From: Eledone cirrhosa
Lineage: Eukaryota
Reading direction: 5' to 3'
DNA: 64,000 nucleotides
Assembly (NCBI GenBank): GCA_964016885.1
Contig: OZ024740.1
Span: forward strand, 318,060,001 to 318,124,000
Below the pieces are notes generated by a model that was not told where the DNA came from, did no database searches, and saw only the letters and a list, made by a program, of their open reading frames with translations. This document shows, piece by piece, positions 57,701 to 64,000 of this stretch. Within the stretch, counting starts at the first letter, position 1. Each line of letters starts with the position of its first letter. The translations under genes were made by a program, and so were the position numbers.

Positions 57701-60700
57701 GTCTTTCTACTACAATACTAACAACAAATAATCCAGGATTGTCTCGTCTATTTCCACAACTTACATTCTATCTGACGTTCTAACAACTCTACCAATTCGA
57801 AATCTTTCTACTACAATACTCACAACAAATAATCCAGGATTGTCTCGTCTATTTCCACAACTTACATTCTATCTGATATTCTAACGACTCTACCAATTCG
57901 AAGTCTTTCTACTACAATACTAACAACAAATAATCCAGGATTGTCTCGTCTATTTCCACAACTTACGTTTTATCTGACATTCTAACAACTCTACCAATTC
58001 GAAGTCTTTCTACTACAATACTCACAACAAATAATCCAGGAATATCTCGTCTATTTCCACAACTTACATTCTATCTGACATTGAAACGACTCTATCAATT
58101 CGAAGTCTTTCTACTACAATACTAACTTCAAATAATCCAGGATTGTCTCGTCTATTTCCACAACTTACATTCTATCTGACATTCTAACGACTCTATCAAT
58201 TCGAAGTCTTTCTACTACAATACTAATAAAAATAATCTAGGATTGTCTCGTCTATTTCCACAACTTACATTCTATCTGACATTGAAACGACTCTATCAAT
58301 TCGAAGTCTTTCTACTACAATACTAACTTCAAATAATCCAGGATTGTCTCGTCTATTTCCACAACTTACATTCTATCTGACATTCTAACGACTCTACCAA
58401 TTCGAAGTCTTTCTACTACAATACTAATAAAAATAATCTAGGATTGTCTCGTCTATTTCCACAACTTACATTCTATCAGACATTCTAACGACTCTACCAA
58501 TTCGCTGTCTTTCTACTACAATACTCACAACAAATAATCCAGGATTGTCTCGTCTATTTCCAAAACGTACATTCTATCTGACATTCTAACGTCTCTACCA
58601 ATTCGAAGTTTTTCTACTACAATACTAACAACAAATAATCCAGGATTGTCTCGTCTATTTCCACAACTTACATTCTATCTGACATTCTAACGACTCTACC
58701 AATTCGCTGTATTTCTACTACAATACTCAAAACAAATAATCCAGGATTGTCTCGTCTATTTCCACAACATACATTCTATCTGACATTCTAACGACTCTAC
58801 CAATTCGCTGTCTTTCTATAACAATACTCAACAAATAATCCAGGACTGTCTCGTCTATTTCCACAACTTACGTTCTATCTGACATTCTAAAGACTCTAAC
58901 AATTCGAAGTCTTTCTACTACAATACTCAGAACAAATAATCCAGGTTTGCCTCGTCTATTTCCACAACTTACATTCTATCTAACATTCTAACGACTCTAC
59001 CAATTCGAAGCCTTTTTACTACATTACTCACAACAAATAATCCAGGATTGTCTCGTCTATTTCCACAACTTACATTCTATCTGATATTCTAACGACTCTA
59101 CCAATTCGAAGTCTTTCTACTACAATACTAACAACAAATAATCCAGGATTGTCTCTTCTATTTCCACAACTTACATTCTATCTACCATTCTAACAACTCC
59201 ACCAATTCGAAATCTTTCTACTACAATACTCACAACAAATCATCCAGGATTGTCTCGTCTATTTCCACAACATACATTCTATCTGATATTCTAACGACTC
59301 TACCAATTCGAAGTTTTTCTACTACAATACTAACAACAAATAATCCAGGATTGTCTCTTCTATTTCCACAACTTGCATTCTATCTGACATTCTAATGACT
59401 CTACCAATTCGAAGTCTTTCTACTACAATACTCACAACAAATAATCCAGGATTGTCTCGTCTATTTCCACAACTTGCATTCTATCTGACATTCTAACGAC
59501 TCTACCAATTCGAAGTCTTTCTACTACAATACTCACAACAAATAATCCAGGATTGTCTCGTCTATTTCCACAAATTACATTCTATCTGACATTCTAACGA
59601 CTCTACAAATTCGCTGTCTTTCTACTACAATACTCACAACAAATAATCCAGGATTGTCTCGTCTACTTCCACAACATACATTCTATCTGACATTCTAACG
59701 ACTCTACCAATTCGCTGTCTTTCTACTACAATACTCAACAAATAATCCAGGACTGTCTCGTCCATTTCCACAACTTACGTTCTATCTGACATTCTAAAGA
59801 CTCTAACAATTCGAAGTCTTTCTAATACAATACTCAGAACAAATAATCCAGGTTTGTCTCGTCTATTTCCACAACTTACATTCTATCTAACATTCTAACG
59901 ACTCTACCAATTCGAAGCCTTTTTACTACATTACTCACAACAAATAATTCAGGATTGTCTCGTCTATTTCCACAAATTACGTTCTATCTGACATTCTAAC
60001 GACTCTACCAATTCGCTGTCTTTCTACTACAATACTCACAACAAATAATCCAGGATTGTCTCGTCTATTTCCACAACTTACATTCTATCTGATATTCTAA
60101 CGACTCTACCAATTCGAAGTCTTTCTACTACAATACTCACAACAAATAATCCAGGATTGTCTCGTCTATTTCCACAACTTACATTCTATCTGATATTCTA
60201 ACGACTCTACCAATTCGAAGTCTTTCTACTACAATACTCACAACAAATAATCCAGGATTGTCTCGTCTATTTCCACAACTTACATTCTATCTGATATTCT
60301 AACGACTCTACCAATTCGAAGTCTTTCTACTACAATACTAACAACAAATAATCCAGGATTGTCTCTTCTATTTCCACAACTTACATTCTATCTGACATTC
60401 TAACAACTCTACCAATTCGAAATCTTTCTACTACAATACTCACAACAAATAATCCAGGATTGTCTCGTCTATTTCCACAACTTACATTCTATCTGATATT
60501 CTAACGACTCTACCAATTCGAAGTCTTTCTACTACAATACTAACAACAAATAATCCAGGATTGTCTCGTCTATTTCCACAACTTACATTCTATCTGACGT
60601 TCTAACAACTCTACCAATTCGAAATCTTTCTACTACAATACTCACAACAAATAATCCAGGATTGTCTCGTCTATTTCCACAACTTACATTCTATCTGATA

Positions 60701-61862
60701 TTCTAACGACTCTACCAATTCGAAGTCTTTCTACTACAATACTAACAACAAATAATCCAGGATTGTCTCGTCTATTTCCACAACTTACGTTTTATCTGAC
60801 ATTCTAACAACTCTACCAATTCGAAGTCTTTCTACTACAATACTCACAACAAATAATCCAGGAATATCTCGTCTATTTCCACAACTTACATTCTATCTGA
60901 CATTGAAACGACTCTATCAATTCGAAGTCTTTCTACTACAATACTAACTTCAAATAATCCAGGATTGTCTCGTCTATTTCCACAACTTACATTCTATCTG
61001 ACATTCTAACGACTCTATCAATTCGAAGTCTTTCTACTACAATACTAATAAAAATAATCTAGGATTGTCTCGTCTATTTCCACAACTTACATTCTATCTG
61101 ACATTGAAACGACTCTATCAATTCGAAGTCTTTCTACTACAATACTAACTTCAAATAATCCAGGATTGTCTCGTCTATTTCCACAACTTACATTCTATCT
61201 GACATTCTAACGACTCTACCAATTCGAAGTCTTTCTACTACAATACTAATAAAAATAATCTAGGATTGTCTCGTCTATTTCCACAACTTACATTCTATCA
61301 GACATTCTAACGACTCTACCAATTCGCTGTCTTTCTACTACAATACTCACAACAAATAATCCAGGATTGTCTCGTCTATTTCCAAAACGTACATTCTATC
61401 TGACATTCTAACGTCTCTACCAATTCGAAGTTTTTCTACTACAATACTAACAACAAATAATCCAGGATTGTCTCGTCTATTTCCACAACTTACATTCTAT
61501 CTGACATTCTAACGACTCTACCAATTCGCTGTATTTCTACTACAATACTCAAAACAAATAATCCAGGATTGTCTCGTCTATTTCCACAACATACATTCTA
61601 TCTGACATTCTAACGACTCTACCAATTCGCTGTCTTTCTATAACAATACTCAACAAATAATCCAGGACTGTCTCGTCTATTTCCACAACTTACGTTCTAT
61701 CTGACATTCTAAAGACTCTAACAATTCGAAGTCTTTCTACTACAATACTCAGAACAAATAATCCAGGTTTGCCTCGTCTATTTCCACAACTTACATTCTA
61801 TCTAACATTCTAACGACTCTACCAATTCGAAGCCTTTTTACTACATTACTCACGACAAATAA
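56218..61862. repeat. Tandem duplication of a 28-monomer block (2822 bp)
   Basis: TACCATT 56361/59183, TCTGACGT 57771/60593, ACTTACGTTT 57961/60783, TCTTTCTATAAC 58811/61633. Confidence 0.88.
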
Positions 61863-64000
61863 TTCAGGATTGTCTCGTCTATTTCCACAACTTACATTCT
61901 ATCTAACATTCTAAGGACTCTACCAATTCGAAGCCTTTTTACTACATTACTCACAACAAATAATTCAGGATTGCCCCGTCTATTTCCACAACTTACATTC
62001 TACCTGACATTCTAACGACTCTACCAATTCGCTGTCTTTCTACTACAATACTCACAACAAATAATCCAGGATTGTCTCGTCTATTTCCACAACTTACATT
62101 CTATCTAACATTCTAACAACTCCACCAATTCGAAATCTTTCTACTACAATACTCACAACAAATCATCCAGGATTGTCTCGTCTATTTCCACAACTTACAT
62201 TCTATCTGATATTCTAACGACTCTACCAATTCGAAGTCTTTCTACTACAATACTAACAACAAATAATCCAGGATTGTCTCTTCTATTTCCACAACTTGCA
62301 TTCTATCTGACATTCTAACGACTCTACCAATTCGAAGTCTTTCTACTACAATACTCACAACAAATAATCCAGGATTGTCTCGTCTATTTCCACAACTTAC
62401 ATTCTATCTGATATTCTAACGACTCTACCAATTCGAAGTCTTTCTACTACAATACTCACAACAAATAATCCAGGATTGTCTCGTCTATTTCCACAACTTG
62501 CATTCTATCTGACATTCTAACGACTCTACCAATTCGAAGTCTTTCTACTACAATACTCACAACAAATAATCCAGGATTGTCTCGTCTATTTCCACAAATT
62601 ACATTCTATCTGACATTCTAACGACTCTACAAATTCGCTGTCTTTCTACTACAATACTCAACAAATAATCCAGGACTGTCTCGTCTATTTCCACAACTTA
62701 CGTTCTATCTGACATTCTAAAGACTCTAACAATTCGAAGTCTTTCTACTAAAATACTCAGAACAAATAATCCAGGTTTGTCTCGTCTATTTCCACAACTT
62801 ACATTCTATCTAACATTCTAACGACTCTACCAATTCGAAGCCTTTTTACTACATTACTCACAACAAATAATTCAGGATTGTCTCGTCTATTTCCACAAAT
62901 TACGTTCTATCTGACATTCTAACGACTCTACCAATTCGCTGTCTTTCTACTACAATACTCACAACAAATAATCCAGGATTGTCTCGTCTATTTCCACAAC
63001 TTACATTCTATCTGATATTCTAACGACTCTACCAATTCGAAGTCTTTCTACTACAATACTCACACAAATAATCCAGGATTGTCTCGTCTATTTCCACAAC
63101 TTACATTCTATCTGATATTCTAACGACTCTACCAATTCGAAGTCTTTCTACTACAATACTCACAACAAATAATCCAGGATTGTCTCGTCTATTTCCACAA
63201 CTTACATTCTATCTGATATTCTAACGACTCTACCAATTCGAAGTCTTTCTACTACAATACTAACAACAAATAATCCAGGATTGTCTCTTCTATTTCCACA
63301 ACTTACATTCTATCTGACATTCTAACAACTCTACCAATTCGAAATCTTTCTACTACAATACTCACAACAAATAATCCAGGATTGTCTCGTCTATTTCCAC
63401 AACTTACATTCTATCTGATATTCTAACGACTCTACCAATTCGAAGTCTTTCTACTACAATACTAACAACAAATAATCCAGGATTGTCTCGTCTATTTCCA
63501 CAACTTACGTTCTAACTGACATTCTAACAACTCTACCAATTCGAAGTCTTTCTACTACAATACTCACAACAAATAATACAGGATTGGCTCGTCTATTTCC
63601 ACAACTTACATTCTATCTGACATTCTAACGACTCTACCAATTCGCTGTATTTCTACTACAATACTCACAACAAATAATCCAGCACTGCTTCGTCTATTTC
63701 CACAACTCACATTCTATCTGACATTCTAACGACTCTACCAATTCGAAGTCTTTCTACTACAATACTCACAACAAATAATCCAGGAATATCTCGTCTATTT
63801 CCACAACTTACATTCTATCTGACATTGAAACGACTCTATCAATTCGAAGTCTTTCTACTACAATAGTAACTTCAAATAATCCAGGATTGTCTCGTCTATT
63901 TCCACAACTTACATTCTATCTGACATTCTAACGACTCTATCAATTCGAAGTCTTTCTACTACAATACTAATAAAAATAATCTAGGATTGTCTCGTCTATT

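Larger units (their letters stand above)
1..64000. repeat. Satellite DNA array, 101-bp monomer, about 635 tandem copies, single orientation, running off both window ends
   Basis: Consensus ACCAATTCGAAGTCTTTCTACTACAATACTCACAACAAATAATCCAGGATTGTCTCGTCTATTTCCACAACTTACATTCTATCTGAYATTCTAACGACTCT. Monomer starts at 1, 102, 1011, 6061, 12121 and 18181 all equal 101n+1. Copies differ from consensus at only a few positions. Confidence 0.99.
19494..64000. repeat. Satellite layer 2: more diverse monomers including recurrent 100-bp and 99-bp deletion variants
   Basis: First appearance of ACTAATAAAAATAATCTAGG (-1 bp, about 19521) and ACTCAACAAATAATCCAGGACTG (-2 bp, about 20529). Also TTGAAACG, AACTTCAAAT, CAGAAC..GGTTT, TTGCCCCG, CAGCACTGTTT, GGAATATC and CCAAAACGTAC, none of which I saw upstream. 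Confidence 0.92.

Noticed and set aside
63055-63075. Private 1-bp deletion (CACACAAAT)
   Set aside because: It was seen once and could be a recent mutation or a consensus error, so it carries no structural information.
1-64000. CRISPR array
   Set aside because: There are no unique spacers; the whole 101 bp is repeated, and no cas genes or leader are present.
1-64000. Giant repetitive protein-coding ORF
   Set aside because: The period is not a multiple of 3. The consensus has + strand stops at monomer positions 40 (TAA), 84 (TGA) and 92 (TAA), covering all three frames, and minus-strand TAG stops (CTA at 18, 59, 79) also cover all three.
1-64000. Tandem 5S rRNA, tRNA, snRNA or spliced-leader gene array
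   Set aside because: I found no recognisable RNA sequence, A/B boxes or cloverleaf, and the low G content allows little pairing. An Rfam search was not possible.
1-64000. Pure artefact such as a rolling-circle concatemer or collapsed assembly
   Set aside because: Variants are shared in ordered, nested blocks with private differences between copies, unlike random read error. Individual near-identical blocks still need read support.
1-64000. Telomeric repeat
   Set aside because: Despite the C-rich strand there is no short canonical telomere motif. A long complex terminal repeat, as in some dipterans, cannot be excluded without chromosomal position, but nothing here supports it.

Overview
The whole 64 kb window is one uninterrupted head-to-tail tandem array of a 101-bp AT-rich monomer (about 635 copies, about 36% GC, strongly C>G skewed on the + strand). 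It looks like eukaryotic satellite DNA, plausibly centromeric or pericentromeric. I do not recognise the family or organism. I saw no genes, RNA genes, transposons, inversions or unique spacers; the consensus has stop codons in all six frames of every monomer. The information lies in the variant pattern. There are two layers with a sharp boundary near 19.5 kb: a homogeneous, indel-free layer and a more diverse layer containing 99- and 100-bp monomers. Both are built from overlapping multi-kb in-register duplications of differing size (14, 18, 19, 28, 38, 40 and 50 monomers) instead of one fixed higher-order repeat. All coordinates and offsets were counted by eye; block edges are approximate to about one monomer.
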